From a bacterium (GTDB lineage Bacteria; Patescibacteriota; Gracilibacteria; BD1-5; UBA2023): a stretch of 64,000 bases of DNA. Below, in pieces: positions 1-11,077 of the stretch. The position numbers and the translations under genes were made by a program. Location: contig DAOMYL010000003.1 in assembly GCA_035437565.1 (NCBI GenBank), positions 5,596 through 69,595 on the forward strand. The letters run 5' to 3'. The notes under the pieces were generated by a model. That model was not told where the DNA came from and did no database searches. It saw nothing but the letters and a program-made list of their open reading frames with translations. How positions within the stretch are numbered: the stretch's first letter is position 1; every line of letters begins with the position of its first letter.

Positions 1-785
1 TTCAGGTCGTCGAGAAATCTCACCCGAAGCGCGGCCATCTCGGTCCGGTAGGCTGTAAGTTGATCCGCTGATCGATCAGTACGCCAAGCGAAGTTCTCCG
101 GATTCTGGTCGTTGGCAATGCGAGAGACGAGATTCTCGATCTGCGCCACCGGATCCGTGGCTCCAGCATAGAGGGTCTGGAGCGAACGGGGTGGAGCGAG
201 ACGGGTATCTCCAAGTCCGTTCATGATCTTTCCCCAGACATGCCCTCCCTTGTCATCGCGCAGGGACGACTGGGGTGTGATCCTCATCTGTACGGACTTC
301 ACGACTATACCGCGCTCCTTGTTGATCCGATCCTGTATCTCGCTCGCCACGGTGATGAGAGGAATTCCGTAACGCGAATTGAAGTCGTTGTATACCTGTT
401 CCGCCTCCGGATTCGTATCGGATCGATCGAGCACAGAACCGGACTCTACCACATACGTAGGCTTGGTCTTGTCGCTAGTCGCCGCGAGCACGACCCCCTC
501 GGTCATGGAGCGAGACGGCATGGCCCCATCGGCGATGGGAGCGGTAGGATCATAGGCCTGCGCGAGGGCCGACCGGGGAGCGAGCAGATCCGGAGTAGCG
601 GCGAGCCCGGCGGCTACCACCGGCACGAAAAAGAGGACTCTCTTTAAGCGATCAGCAACTTGGCAAGTCTTGGCGAAGATACTCTGACGCCCAGCCTCGA
701 GAACAGCATCGGGAGTCTCGCAGACCCCCTGGGCTTCATTTAAGTTTTCATCCCCTATATCGACGATGGATGCGGAAGCGACCAT
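1..785 (-). CDS. hypothetical protein, C-terminal part lies beyond the window edge
   Basis: ATG at 785 on the minus strand and the frame stays open to base 1, so it is absent from the ORF track. Codon usage is GC3-rich like its neighbours. One hydrophobic stretch VLFFVPVVAAGLAA; no motif recognised. Confidence 0.5.
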   Translation of the reverse strand, partial: MVASASIVDIGDENLNEAQGVCETPDAVLEAGRQSIFAKTCQVADRLKRVLFFVPVVAAGLAATPDLLAPRSALAQAYDPTAPIADGAMPSRSMTEGVVLAATSDKTKPTYVVESGSVLDRSDTNPEAEQVYNDFNSRYGIPLITVASEIQDRINKERGIVVKSVQMRITPQSSLRDDKGGHVWGKIMNGLGDTRLAPPRSLQTLYAGATDPVAQIENLVSRIANDQNPENFAWRTDRSADQLTAYRTEMAALRVRFLDDL

Positions 786-1085
786 ACAGGCGAAATTGAA
801 GAAATACCATATTCACACATTCTATCCTTTGGAATGGAAAGTCAATGTATTTTGAGAAAGTTACACTTTTGTCAATGACTCCGATTTTACGGTTCTTACA
901 TAAGGTCGAAACGTTTGTATTCGTCTTTCATGCTAATTCATATTCACCCGTCATTCCTCCGGGGGATCATAGCGATCTGTTCACCGGCAGATAGATGGAG
1001 ACGTTCAGGGAAAGCCGCGAGCAACATCTCGCGTTCGTCCGTCGGGATTCCGCGGTCGGCGGGTGGGAACAATACCGACACGGCC

Positions 1086-2852
1086 CTATTCCAACACCGC
1101 CTTGATCCGGCGGACGCCGGCACTGGAGGCCTCTTCTTTGAGGATGCGGAACGTCCCCATGCCTTCGCTCGACTCCACGTGGGGCCCGCCGCAGAGCTCA
1201 CGCGAGTACACCCGCCCATCGACACCCCGCATGGTATAGACGGTCACGATCTCGGGATACTTCTCCCAGAAGCTCCCCTCCACCCCCTGGGCGCGGGCCT
1301 CGTCCTTGGGCATTTGTTCCACGATCGTGGCGAATCCCGTCCGGATCGCCTCGTTCACGCGGGCTTCGATCGTCTGTTTCTCATGCTCCGTCAGCTTCTC
1401 GTGGTGCGTGAAATCGAATCGCAGGCGCTCCACAGTGATATTGGATCCGGCTTGGTGGACGTGCTCGCCGAGGATCTCGCGCATGGCATCGAGCATGAGA
1501 TGCGTGGCGGAGTGCAGCCGGACGGTGGCATCCGAGGTGTCAGCGAGACCCCCCTTGAATTTCTGCTCGGACCCGGCGCGGGAAAGATCCTGGTGCTTGG
1601 AAAACTCACTGTCGAACTCCGTTTGGTCGAATGAGGGCTTACCGAGTGTCGCGAGCTCATCGCGGATCATTTCGGGTGGCAGTCCGTAGGTCTGGAAGAG
1701 GTCGAAGGCGGTCTTGCCATCCACCTGGTCCGAAACTTTCTCAAGCTCCCGCAGGCCATTCTTGAGGGTCTTGGCGAACCGCTCCTCTTCCTTCGAGAGC
1801 TCATCGAGAATTCGATCTGCGCCCATACGGATCGACTGATACACATCGCGGAACTTCGCGATATAAATCTTCGCGATCTCGGTGATAACCGGCCGCTCGT
1901 ACCCCATCTTGAAAAACTCGCGGATAGCCCGGCGTACCAATCGGCGCAGAATATACCCCTGATCGACATTCTTCGGTACGACTCCATCGGAAATCATGTG
2001 TGTGGCGGCTCGTAGGTGGTCGGCAATGATGCGAGCAGAACGCTCGACATAGGCGGATTGGCCCACGATCTCCCGGATCCGCGCGAGAACATCGGCGAAA
2101 ATATCAGTCTCGTACACGGTCTTTTTATGATTGAGGGTCGCGGTGATCCGCTCGAGTCCCATACCGGTATCCACATTCTGGGCAGGGAGCTTCTCAAGCA
2201 CCCCCTCGGCAGTACGATTATACTCCATGAAGACGTTGTTCCAGATCTCCATCCACTTCTTCGGCTCCTTGCCAACGTTGGATTCGGGGTCGGGCTCCCC
2301 TTCTCCCACCCAATAAAATATCTCAGTGTCGGGTCCGCACGGCCCTGTCGGTCCTGCGGCCCACCAGTTATCTTCCGCGGGCAGGTAGCTGATACGATTC
2401 TCCGGGATTCCGAGCGATTTCCAGATCGCCGCCGACTCCTCGTCGCGGGGCGCATTGGTATCCCCCTCGAAGACCGTGACAGCGAGCCACGAGGGATTGA
2501 GTCCGAGCCACTTCGGGTCCGTAAGAAATTCATAACTCCATTCGATGGATTCCTTCTTGAAGTAGTCTCCGAGCGACCAGTTGCCGAGCATCTCGAAGAA
2601 CGAGAGGTGCGTATTGTCTCCGATGTCATCTATATCCCCGGTTCGCACACACTTCTGCACATCGGCGATACGCTGCCCCATAGGGTGCGGGCGTCCGAGC
2701 AGATACGGCACGAGCGGCTGCATTCCGGCAGTATTGAAGAGAACCGAGGGATCGTTCTCCGGCACGAGCGGTGCAGACTCGATAACGGCATGTTCCTTGG
2801 AACGGAAAAATTCAAGATATTTGGATCGCAGGTCGGATGAAAGAATAGCCAT
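1086..2852 (-). CDS. alaS: alanine--tRNA ligase, short 588-aa form ending right after the editing domain
   Basis: N-terminus MAILSSDLRSKYLEFFRSKEHAVIESAPLVPENDPSVLFNTAGMQP. Editing-domain motifs HSATHLM and CGGPHV. Ends GVRRIKAVLE followed by TAG. Confidence 0.93.
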   Translation of the reverse strand: MAILSSDLRSKYLEFFRSKEHAVIESAPLVPENDPSVLFNTAGMQPLVPYLLGRPHPMGQRIADVQKCVRTGDIDDIGDNTHLSFFEMLGNWSLGDYFKKESIEWSYEFLTDPKWLGLNPSWLAVTVFEGDTNAPRDEESAAIWKSLGIPENRISYLPAEDNWWAAGPTGPCGPDTEIFYWVGEGEPDPESNVGKEPKKWMEIWNNVFMEYNRTAEGVLEKLPAQNVDTGMGLERITATLNHKKTVYETDIFADVLARIREIVGQSAYVERSARIIADHLRAATHMISDGVVPKNVDQGYILRRLVRRAIREFFKMGYERPVITEIAKIYIAKFRDVYQSIRMGADRILDELSKEEERFAKTLKNGLRELEKVSDQVDGKTAFDLFQTYGLPPEMIRDELATLGKPSFDQTEFDSEFSKHQDLSRAGSEQKFKGGLADTSDATVRLHSATHLMLDAMREILGEHVHQAGSNITVERLRFDFTHHEKLTEHEKQTIEARVNEAIRTGFATIVEQMPKDEARAQGVEGSFWEKYPEIVTVYTMRGVDGRVYSRELCGGPHVESSEGMGTFRILKEEASSAGVRRIKAVLE

Positions 2853-2943
2853 AAGTCAGATTAATAGTGTTTGAACGCCATCATAGCGGCTTGGAGCAAA
2901 AAAACAAGAGGTGGTCCACAAAAGGCTAATCTCTCGCCTACCG

Positions 2944-2973
2944 CAAAGAAAGCCCCCTCTTGGCAGAGGGGGC
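2944..2973 (-). terminator. intrinsic terminator downstream of the antiporter gene
   Basis: Perfect 9-bp GC stem GCCCCCTCT / AGAGGGGGC (2952-2960 / 2965-2973) with a 4-nt loop. On the minus strand it is followed by TTTCTTTG. Confidence 0.75.
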
Positions 2974-2986
2974 ATCATGCTTCATG

Positions 2987-5179
2987 CTATGCGCGGTGAA
3001 TGCCTGCAGCCGAAGAATGGTTTTCGTAGATAGCCTCCTCGATCTCCTCGGTGAAGTGGATATAGAGCTTCGGGGAGATGATCTCCTTGGAGAAGAGATC
3101 CTCGATGATGTTCTTCTCGGTCTTGAGCAGCGATTTATTGATGAGGTACGAGTCGAATGCGAGGATAAGATCCGGATTTTCATCGGAAATGCGCTTGCAC
3201 TCGGATCGAGCATTGTCCACGAACGACTGGTACCGCTCCAAGACGGTCTTGAACGCCTGCTGCGATGCAATGAAGTCAATGCCTTCAAATACAACCAATT
3301 CTTTCAAGACCTTGCGGGCCGTAACCATGCGGGCACGGGCAATCATGTAGCGCGTGACGATCGGCTCACGATCCGGACTAATGAGGAGGGAGATATTCTG
3401 GAGAAGTCGCTCGAAACGATTGGATTCATCCTTGGGATCGCCGGATTCCTTGATCTGTGGGAGATTGAGTTCTATGCGGTGGATCTGCTTCTCTACCTTG
3501 GTCTTGAGAACACGGAAGACACGTTCGGAGACCTCATTGTACTTATAGAATTCCTTGAGCCAGTATTTCTCGATCCCGAGAGCATGCAGGGCAATGACTC
3601 GCTCTACCAAGGAATCGATCGAGCTTCCGTGTTCTTTTACGAGGTCTTCGAGCTGAAACTTGGTCTCTTCGAGCTCGGAGCGGTACCGATCGTGGAGCAT
3701 TCGGTACTCCTTCTCGGGCATATATTCCTTGGAGTGCATGCTCGAGAGCTTGGCGAGAACATCGAGGAGCATGATCATCTTCCCTTCAATGTATTCGAGC
3801 GATTCTATCTCGTGGAGCTTATCGATTTGAAACCGCTTCATCATAGGCTTGATTGTCGTTGCCTTGATAAAGATGGTAAAAACGATACAAGCAACAACAA
3901 GTGCGATTACGAACTCGCGGACGGTGTACGGCAGATTCCATCCCGGGAGTACGAGCGTCTCGGGAATCATGAGTGCCATAATGACGGCCAGTCCTCCGCG
4001 CAGGCTCCCCCACGAGAGCATGTACGCCCATGCGTCCGGAATCTTCGCAGCTCCGGATACGAGCATATTGTATGGCAAGACCACACTATACACGCTCAGG
4101 GTCCGAGCAAGCGCGACCACGATAATAACCGCGATCGAAGGCAGTGCAAAGAGTGTCCAGTCCACCTCGAGATTCACAATGAGTATTCCCATCAGCATGA
4201 ATACGAGCGAGTTCGAGATGAAGGCGAAGAATTCCCAGAAGTGTCCCATCGTCTCTTCTACGGTCGGGGAAATCTTATAGCGTCCGTAGTTTCCCACAAC
4301 CATGGCGGCGATGGTGGTAGCTACAACTCCCGATACGGGCACGAGGTAGTGGGAGATGACCTCGGCGAGAATAAAGGTAAAGTGCGCGAGTACGAGCGTG
4401 AGCGAGATCTCGAGAAATTCGAGGTTACGAATGCGCTTGATGATCTTGGAAAAGACGACAGCAATGAACGCTCCAAAGAGGATTCCCCCCACCATCATGG
4501 AAATGAAGGAAAATGCTCCGCGCACGATGGAGAGGTCGATACCGAGCGATGCCTGGAGAGATTCAAAGAGATGGAAGAAGAGACTGTGTCCTCCGGGAAT
4601 ATCGAGTCCGCCACCGACCGACTGCTCAATGATGAGCCCGAGAATAACGAGAAAGAGTGCGACAGAAGTCCCATCATTGAAGAGGCTCTCTCCCTCGAAA
4701 ATGAGCATGAGCCGACGGGGCGCACCGAGCTCCTTGAAGAGTGCGAGAACCGCGACCGGGTCAGTTGCGGAAATGATTGCTCCGAAAAGGAGTGCTACAA
4801 TGAACGGGACATCGAGACCAATAAATCCGAGCACAAAGTAGAGCCCTCCTCCCACGGCGAATGCCGAGATGAAGAGTGCAACGACCGCAAGGAGCGTGAT
4901 TGGCACAACGTCGCGGGCGAATTCGCGGAATTTCATGTTGTACGCCGATTCGAACAACAGGACCGGCAAGAAGACGTAGAGTAGCACATCGGGTGTGAGC
5001 TCAAAATCATCAATGAATCCGAGTCCCGGAACGAACTTCGCCGCGAAGGCGAAGACGATTCCCACGAGCACGAGCAGGACGGAATATGGAGCCGCTGTCC
5101 TCTTGGAAACCAAGAAAACCCCCGACGCCGCGAACAGAAGGAACATGCACGACAAGGCGGTGGAAAGAAATTCGCTCAT
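2987..5179 (-). CDS. Na+/H+ exchanger (CPA1/NhaP-like) with a long soluble C-terminal domain
   Basis: Multi-TM N-terminal half (LLYVFLPVLLFESAYNM, ATDPVAVLALFKELGAP, LFNDGTSVALF) typical of the Na+/H+ exchanger family. Start moved to MSEFLST (residue 100 of track ORF 2987..5476). TAG stop. Confidence 0.85.
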   Translation of the reverse strand: MSEFLSTALSCMFLLFAASGVFLVSKRTAAPYSVLLVLVGIVFAFAAKFVPGLGFIDDFELTPDVLLYVFLPVLLFESAYNMKFREFARDVVPITLLAVVALFISAFAVGGGLYFVLGFIGLDVPFIVALLFGAIISATDPVAVLALFKELGAPRRLMLIFEGESLFNDGTSVALFLVILGLIIEQSVGGGLDIPGGHSLFFHLFESLQASLGIDLSIVRGAFSFISMMVGGILFGAFIAVVFSKIIKRIRNLEFLEISLTLVLAHFTFILAEVISHYLVPVSGVVATTIAAMVVGNYGRYKISPTVEETMGHFWEFFAFISNSLVFMLMGILIVNLEVDWTLFALPSIAVIIVVALARTLSVYSVVLPYNMLVSGAAKIPDAWAYMLSWGSLRGGLAVIMALMIPETLVLPGWNLPYTVREFVIALVVACIVFTIFIKATTIKPMMKRFQIDKLHEIESLEYIEGKMIMLLDVLAKLSSMHSKEYMPEKEYRMLHDRYRSELEETKFQLEDLVKEHGSSIDSLVERVIALHALGIEKYWLKEFYKYNEVSERVFRVLKTKVEKQIHRIELNLPQIKESGDPKDESNRFERLLQNISLLISPDREPIVTRYMIARARMVTARKVLKELVVFEGIDFIASQQAFKTVLERYQSFVDNARSECKRISDENPDLILAFDSYLINKSLLKTEKNIIEDLFSKEIISPKLYIHFTEEIEEAIYENHSSAAGIHRA

Positions 5180-5272
5180 AAAGGAGCTATTAAATGCAAG
5201 TCGGCGATTATATCCCTTTTGTTTTTTTGTCCAGTGGAAGATCGGACTTTTTATTTGCCAATAAAAAATCCT

Positions 5273-6898
5273 ATGTGTTATGATGGAGGAAACTGTCTCT
5301 CGCACCCCATGGTCTCTGGCACAAAGCTCATTCTTATATACTCTGCCGGATTCGACAATATCGGCATAGACGATCTTTCCGAGGGGCGGAAAGGAATCTA
5401 TGTGTACACCGGATCGTATGCCGAGATCGAGCGAGCGAGCGAGGGTGATACGGTCATATTTTTCCAGACAGGGCAACGGCGTGCGTACATGTTCGCATTC
5501 CGGGACTCATACCGTATCCAGCAGAACAATAGCCTCTACGTAGAGCTTCCCGGAGAACACCTAGAATTTGATTGTTCCATCGAGGAATTCAAGAATTTCT
5601 ACTTCGTTGACATCGATGCGATCCGCTCGTGGGTACGCTCTCCCCTCTCCTCGGGTCGCAATATTCTCCTACTAGAACCGCGGCACCTACTCGCAGACTT
5701 CTTGAATTTCCCAACGCTTCGCGAAGCCTTTTTGAAAAAGGAAATCTTCATGCGGACCTACGACATCTCGGAATCCTTGCCCGAAAAACCTCTGGAGATC
5801 GAGCGAGTGATTCTCTTGTATGACGCGGAATCCCGCATGTTCGGACGCGAATACTCAGCCTTTGCACCGGAGGGTCGGGATGTGCCGATCACGGGACTCT
5901 CGATGGATGATATTATCCGGGAGAACGAGTCGATGGGTGGATACCTACTCAAAAGCTACCAGCTCGTAAAACGCCTGAAGCGACTCTCGCTCCATTCCTA
6001 CGTCCGCTACTATGATCTCTCACGCGGGAGCCGTGTCATAAAGGAGCTTTGCATTGCAAAAACCCTATCCGCCAAAGATTCCCTGGAAGATCATCCCTCT
6101 CCGGCATCGACAGTATCGATGCAGCCAAATACCCCGGCCGGGGGAGCATGAGATGCTGCATGGATGGAGGCATCCACCGAGAACGAACCCGTTTTGGAGA
6201 CGGGATCCATCGAATCCCTCTCAGATGCGGAAGAAATGATCGAGCGGGCCGCCGTAGACAAAGAACGCCTCTCTGCAGTCCACCGGGAAAAACTCTACGC
6301 CCTCAAGAAGTCCACGGAAGAAGAGATAACGAAACTCCGACACCAAGTGGATTCGCTGCGGATGAACTATACGCTCGAATACTTCCTCAACAAGTCGGCA
6401 GTCGATGAGCTCGGCTATGACCGTGCCGACTACTATGCCGAACTGGAGAATGGACGGTTCGTGGCATCCCGTGGCTCGGTATTCGACATCTTCGGTAACA
6501 GACTCAAAAAACTCAATTATGTCCTCCCTGCACTGCGGATCTCGTATCTCGGACAGTGGAAAGAAACAGTAACCGCGGACAAGAGCCTCTCGGCTCGAGA
6601 GAAGAGCGAAGAAATGCAGAAAATCATCCAGAAATTCGACGATATACTCACCGAAGACCAGAAGCGTGCCCAAAAACGCAGCGTCTTCCGCTGACTCATG
6701 GGATTCCTTTTTTTCGAGACGGTCGCGGTCTTCGTCACGGTTTACATGATGAAAATCGATTATGCCACTATGGCACTACTCATTGGCGCGACACTCGCGC
6801 AAATCACGGTAGTAATCTACCATATCGTGAAGAATCTCTACCCCGTGGACTCGGCGCAGATCGAGCGGATCGGATGGAGTACCAAGCAGGACGCATAA
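5273..6898 (+). CDS. hypothetical protein with a C-terminal TM tail, read through two in-frame TGA
   Basis: Track ORFs 5219..6151, 6164..6694 and 6698..6898 share one frame and are joined only by TGA at 6152-6154 and 6695-6697. TAA stop at 6896-6898. First ATG at 5273, alternative at 5309. Tail is hydrophobic: FLFFETVAVFVTVYMMKIDYATMALLIGATLAQITVVIY. Confidence 0.6.
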
Positions 6899-7090
6899 CC
6901 GGGTGGATTTCGGCCCGAATTTCTCCCATTCGGATTCCAGAGAGCTGGAATCAAAAAAGACGAGCTCTTCTTCGAAGGTCGGTACTACGGACCTACTGGA
7001 TCTGGAGCTCATCCTCCCGCGGTCGAGATAGCCCTTTACATGACGAATGGAACCCGTATCATTCCGGCGAGATACTCTTTTTTCCATTCC

Positions 7091-7354
7091 ATGAAAACGA
7101 TACGCATCTACTCCAAGTCCTATTGCCCCTACTGTGTGGAGGCCAAACGCCTGCTCGATCAGCTCGAAATCCCCTACGAAACGATCGATGTGACAGATGA
7201 CGCCGGAACGCTCATCGAGATCTCCGCGAAGTCCGGCATGCGGACGGTCCCACAGATCTGGGCTGATGACGAATGCCTGGGAGGATACTCGGACCTACTC
7301 GCACTCTGCAAATCCGGCGAGCTCGATGGACGGATCCGGAAAATTCTGTCTTAA
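7091..7354 (+). CDS. grxC: glutaredoxin
   Basis: MKTIRIYSKSYCPYCVEAKRLL carries the CPYC active site; TVPQIW and GGYSDL are also present. About 87 aa, TAA stop. Confidence 0.9.
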   Translation: MKTIRIYSKSYCPYCVEAKRLLDQLEIPYETIDVTDDAGTLIEISAKSGMRTVPQIWADDECLGGYSDLLALCKSGELDGRIRKILS

Positions 7355-7398
7355 TGAAGGATTGATACCCTGCCCTTTCGACTTTTTTCTAAAAATCC

Positions 7399-8553
7399 AT
7401 GTCCGATGAAAACAAGACCGTCTATGAACGGAGTCTCGATCTGCATCGCCAGTATGCCGGGAAACTCGAAACCGTGGCAAAATTCCCCATAGAATGACGC
7501 GAGACTCTCTCGCTCGCATACAGTCCCGGCGTGGCCGAGCCGTGCCGAGAAATTGCCCGCGACCCCGAGAAGGCCTACGAATATACCCTCAAATCCAGTA
7601 CGGTCGCCGTCATCAGCGATGGGACCGCCGTCCTCGGACTCGGCGATATTGGCCCGCTCGCAAGCCTTCCTGTTATGGAAGGAAAATGCGTATTGTTCCG
7701 GGAATTTGGTGGAGTCAATGCTTTCCCGATCGTTATCGATACGAAGAATCCCGATGAATTCGTCGAGACCGTGAAGCGAATCGCCGGATCATTTGGCGGA
7801 ATAAACCTCGAAGATATCTCGGCTCCACGATGTTTCGAGATAGAGCGTCGGCTCAAGGCAGAACTCGATATCCCCGTGATGCACGATGATCAGCACGGTA
7901 CGGCAATTGTCGTGTTGGCCGGACTTATCAATGCTCTGAAAATTACCGGTCGTGATCCGCAGACTCTTCGCGTTGTCGTGAACGGACTCGGTGCCGCGGG
8001 AACCGCCGCCATCAATCTCCTACGTTCATACGGCATATCCGATATTGTCGCGTGCGATAGTCGCGGCATTGTCTCGCTCGATCGCGAGGATCTCAATCCA
8101 GAGAAGCGCGGCATCGCGGAATCCACCAACCCACGCAAACTCTCCGGCACACTCACAGACGCGCTTGAGTGAGCGGATTGCTTCATTGGAGTGAGCGTGG
8201 CATGAGCTCTCACGCCGGACATGGTCCGGTCCATGGCGAGCGATCCGATCGTTTTCGCGCTCGCGAACCCCACACCAGAGATTCTCCCGGAAGATGCCAA
8301 GGCTGCGGGGGTACGCATCATGGCAACAGGGCGATCCGACTACCCGAACCAGATCAATAACGTCCTGGCGTTCCCAGGGATATTCCGCGGTGCTCTCTCC
8401 GCCCGCAAGCGCGAAATCACCGATGAGATGAAACTCGCGGCAGCCCAGGCAATCGCTTCTCTCGTAGAACACCCGACTCCCGATGAGATCATCCCAGATC
8501 CATTCGACCGCCGCGTTCCGGAGATTGTGGCCGAGAGAATCCGAAGTCTCTAA
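7399..8553 (+). CDS. NAD(P)-dependent malic enzyme, short form of about 384 aa
   Basis: [37 protein letters not shown] and ANPTPEI are present. Three in-frame TGA (7495, 8170, 8203) fall in PIE[G]RETLSLAY and ALE[G][10 protein letters not shown][G]ALT. Confidence 0.92.
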
Positions 8554-8587
8554 CAAAAAATCCCTCCGATTCTTGTGGAGGGATTTT

Positions 8588-9559
8588 TTAGAGATATCCT
8601 CGCTCTGTTTGCTCGGATGAAAAGATCGAAGTGATATAGAGATATCCTCCTACCAGGTAGGCGAAGACGATGCCCGGAAATCCCAAAACCATAGCAGAAT
8701 TGAAAACCGCATGTACGAGGATCGCCGCACCCACGCCGTAAATAAGATACCTCCGGAATGCCATCCAGGGAGTCATACGATCGGATGCGATGAACGACCC
8801 GAAAAAAGAGACTGCGAGCATCGCCGAACACGTGACGTGCAGAAACGTGGAGAAAACAGAGCGGTATCCGAGTGTTTGCCAGTATATACCGGAGAAGACC
8901 GACCCGGACGAGGCAATGGTTGCGAGGTAGAGGATGTTTTCCACGAACGAAAAACCAAGTGCTACGAACGTACCGGAGACCAAGGCTTGCTGAAGCGTCC
9001 CGGACGATGGAAATGAGCCGGAAAGGAACCCGAAATGCTTGACCGCTTCTTCGGATGCCGCGACTAAAACATAGTAGAAGAATATCGCTCCGACCGTGGC
9101 ATAAACAGCATCTTGGAGAACGAGCGGCGAAGCTGGCTCGATACCATAGAGTCCCGTGATACCAGCAAGTTGCCACAATACGGCTGCCACAACGCCGAAA
9201 ACAAGAAAGGCCCCGGTACTCCGAAGTCGATCCCGTGACGATGCTCAGGTCACTCCGAAGAGGAATCCGAAGACGAAAATCAGCAACGCGAATAACATGA
9301 CCATCAGCGCGTACCCGAGGAAAAACACTACGATTCCCGCAGATACGTCCGCAGCGAGAGGAAACGGATTGAGTCATCCAACCCCTGCCATGGAGAGAAT
9401 CGAATCAAGTGACAAGACGAGGGCTATGGCCGTACCACCGAATACAAGCCCGAGCAAAAACCGTCTCGCGCTCGCCGGGGAGCTATCGTAATACGAAAAG
9501 AGGTATCCCCAGAAGAGCACCGGAACGAATGCGAGAATAGCCGTCGCGATCGTACCCAC
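8588..9559 (-). CDS. PrsW-family intramembrane metalloprotease
   Basis: Polytopic membrane protein with EEAVKH, GFSFVEN and HAVFN motifs. Track ORFs 9374..9559 and 8588..9190 share a frame. They are joined through TGA at 9374-9376 and a second TGA in the open gap (my count about 9248-9250). Confidence 0.75.
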
Positions 9560-9571
9560 AGGTGGTGGTGG

Positions 9572-9775
9572 TTATTTTTTTCGACGGTAAATTTCGTAGT
9601 CGCCGAAACGGAAAGTCTGACGATCCTGCTGATCTTTTCGTCCGAATGCAACAGAAGCGATGAGCATGTTGACGCCGATCGACAAGAAAAAGAAACCGAT
9701 GATGTACGCGACAAGATCGGGAAAGATAATAAACAGCACCCCGAATATGAAGAAGATCGCGCCGATAGTTCGCAT
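9572..9775 (-). CDS. small two-TM membrane protein (67 aa)
   Basis: MRTIGAIFFIFGVLFIIFPDLVAYIIGFFFLSIGVNMLIASVAF followed by a basic tail. Sits 10 nt after the murA stop, with its TAA 10 nt before the PrsW start. Confidence 0.6.
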   Translation of the reverse strand: MRTIGAIFFIFGVLFIIFPDLVAYIIGFFFLSIGVNMLIASVAFGRKDQQDRQTFRFGDYEIYRRKK

Positions 9776-9785
9776 GGACAGGATG

Positions 9786-11054
9786 TTAGGATTCTATACG
9801 ATCGATCTGGATTCCGAGCGACCGGAGTTTCCCGAGAATATCCTCGTAACCCCGCTCGATATACTCGACATTCGTAATGCGCGTCTCTCCTTCGGCGATA
9901 AGACCCGCGAGGATCATGGATGCACCGGAGCGGAGATCCCAGCTCGTGACCGTAGTGCCGCGCAGTTTCGTTGGACCGAAGATGAGTGCCTCGTGAGGAT
10001 TGAGGATGGCAGAATGCCCTTTCATGGCTTCGAGCTCCATGAGCATATTGAATCGCCCTTCGAACAAGATCTCATGCACGCGCGATATTCCCTCGGCTTG
10101 CGTAAGCATCACGGTAAAAGGCGATTGGATATCCGTCGGGAATCCGGGAAAGACATTGGTCTGCAGGGAGATCGCCCGGAGATTCGAGCGGGAGTTATGC
10201 ACGCGTATGGTATCGTTGGACCGTAACTCGTAGCATACTCCCGCTTCGGATGCTTTGATGAGGAAACTTCCGAGATCCCCGATCCGGGCATGCTCGATGT
10301 CGATAAATTCTTCCGCACAAAGTGCGCCAAGAAGAATAAAAAATCCCGACTCGAGGTAATCGTGTATGACGGTATACTCCACATGCTCGGGGAGCTCCGA
10401 TATGCCGGAGACTTCGAACGAATGATCATAGGAAGTCTCAATCCGAGCACCGCAAGCGCGCAGAAACCCAACCACATCCATTACGTGCGGCTCGATCGCG
10501 GCAAGACGGATTTTGGTAGTGCCAGGCCGGAAAGCACTCGCGGCGAGCAGATTCTCCGTCGCAGTGACTGAGAAAAACGTGGAAAGCTCGACATCGTGTC
10601 GGAATCAGTCACCCGAGAAAGAAAGCAGTCCGTCCGACTCGGAGAAGCCGTATCCGAGCATTCTGAGTCCATTGACATGCTCATCGATCGGACGCTTTCC
10701 GAGATTGCATCCTCCTGGATACGGGAGATCCACTCGCCCGAATCGATGCAAAAGAGCGGGGATGAGCAGGATACTCGCCCGAATCTTCTTCACGAGTCCA
10801 GGGTCATCACTCTCCGGCCTCATGTCAGAAGTATCGAGCTCGACCGTATTTCCCTCAAAACGAACGGTCACACCGTAGCTCTCGAAAATGCGAAGCAACA
10901 TCATGACATCCCCTATGTGGGGAATATTATGAAGGGTGGACCGCCGAGCAAATAGGGCAGACGCAAGAACTGGAAGGGCTGCATTTTTCGCGCCGCTCAT
11001 ACGCACGGTTCCACGGGCGGTTTGTCCTCATTCGATTCGGAGCATGGGAGTCAT
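9786..11054 (-). CDS. murA: UDP-N-acetylglucosamine 1-carboxyvinyltransferase
   Basis: MTPMLRIE[G]GQTARGTVRMSGAKNAALP N-terminus, PGGCNLGKRPID, TENLLAA and the C-terminal GETRITNVEYIERGYE. In-frame TGA at 11028-11030 and 10602-10604. Confidence 0.95.
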
Positions 11055-11077
11055 GGTTGGCGAAAAAAGGAATTATT

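Noticed and set aside
905-1085. Small ORF downstream of alaS on the minus strand (…IPTDEREMLLAAFPERLHLSAGEQIAMIPRRNDGGIGISMKDEYKRFDLM).
   Set aside because: Only a GTG/ATG-poor start context, no motif, and it partly overlaps the alaS 3' end in another frame. The evidence is insufficient to call a gene.
2960-4984. A 674-aa plus-strand ORF.
   Set aside because: It lies antisense to the clearly recognisable Na+/H+ antiporter gene. Its translation is acidic and low-complexity with no motif. This is a typical mirror ORF in GC3-rich coding DNA.
9786-11006. Many housekeeping genes (murA, pyrG, glmS, ruvB, recJ, malic enzyme) appear split into 2-6 ORFs, which could suggest a genome full of pseudogenes.
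   Set aside because: All breaks are TGA, the fragments stay in frame, and the TGA positions coincide with conserved glycines. Recoding explains this far better than decay.
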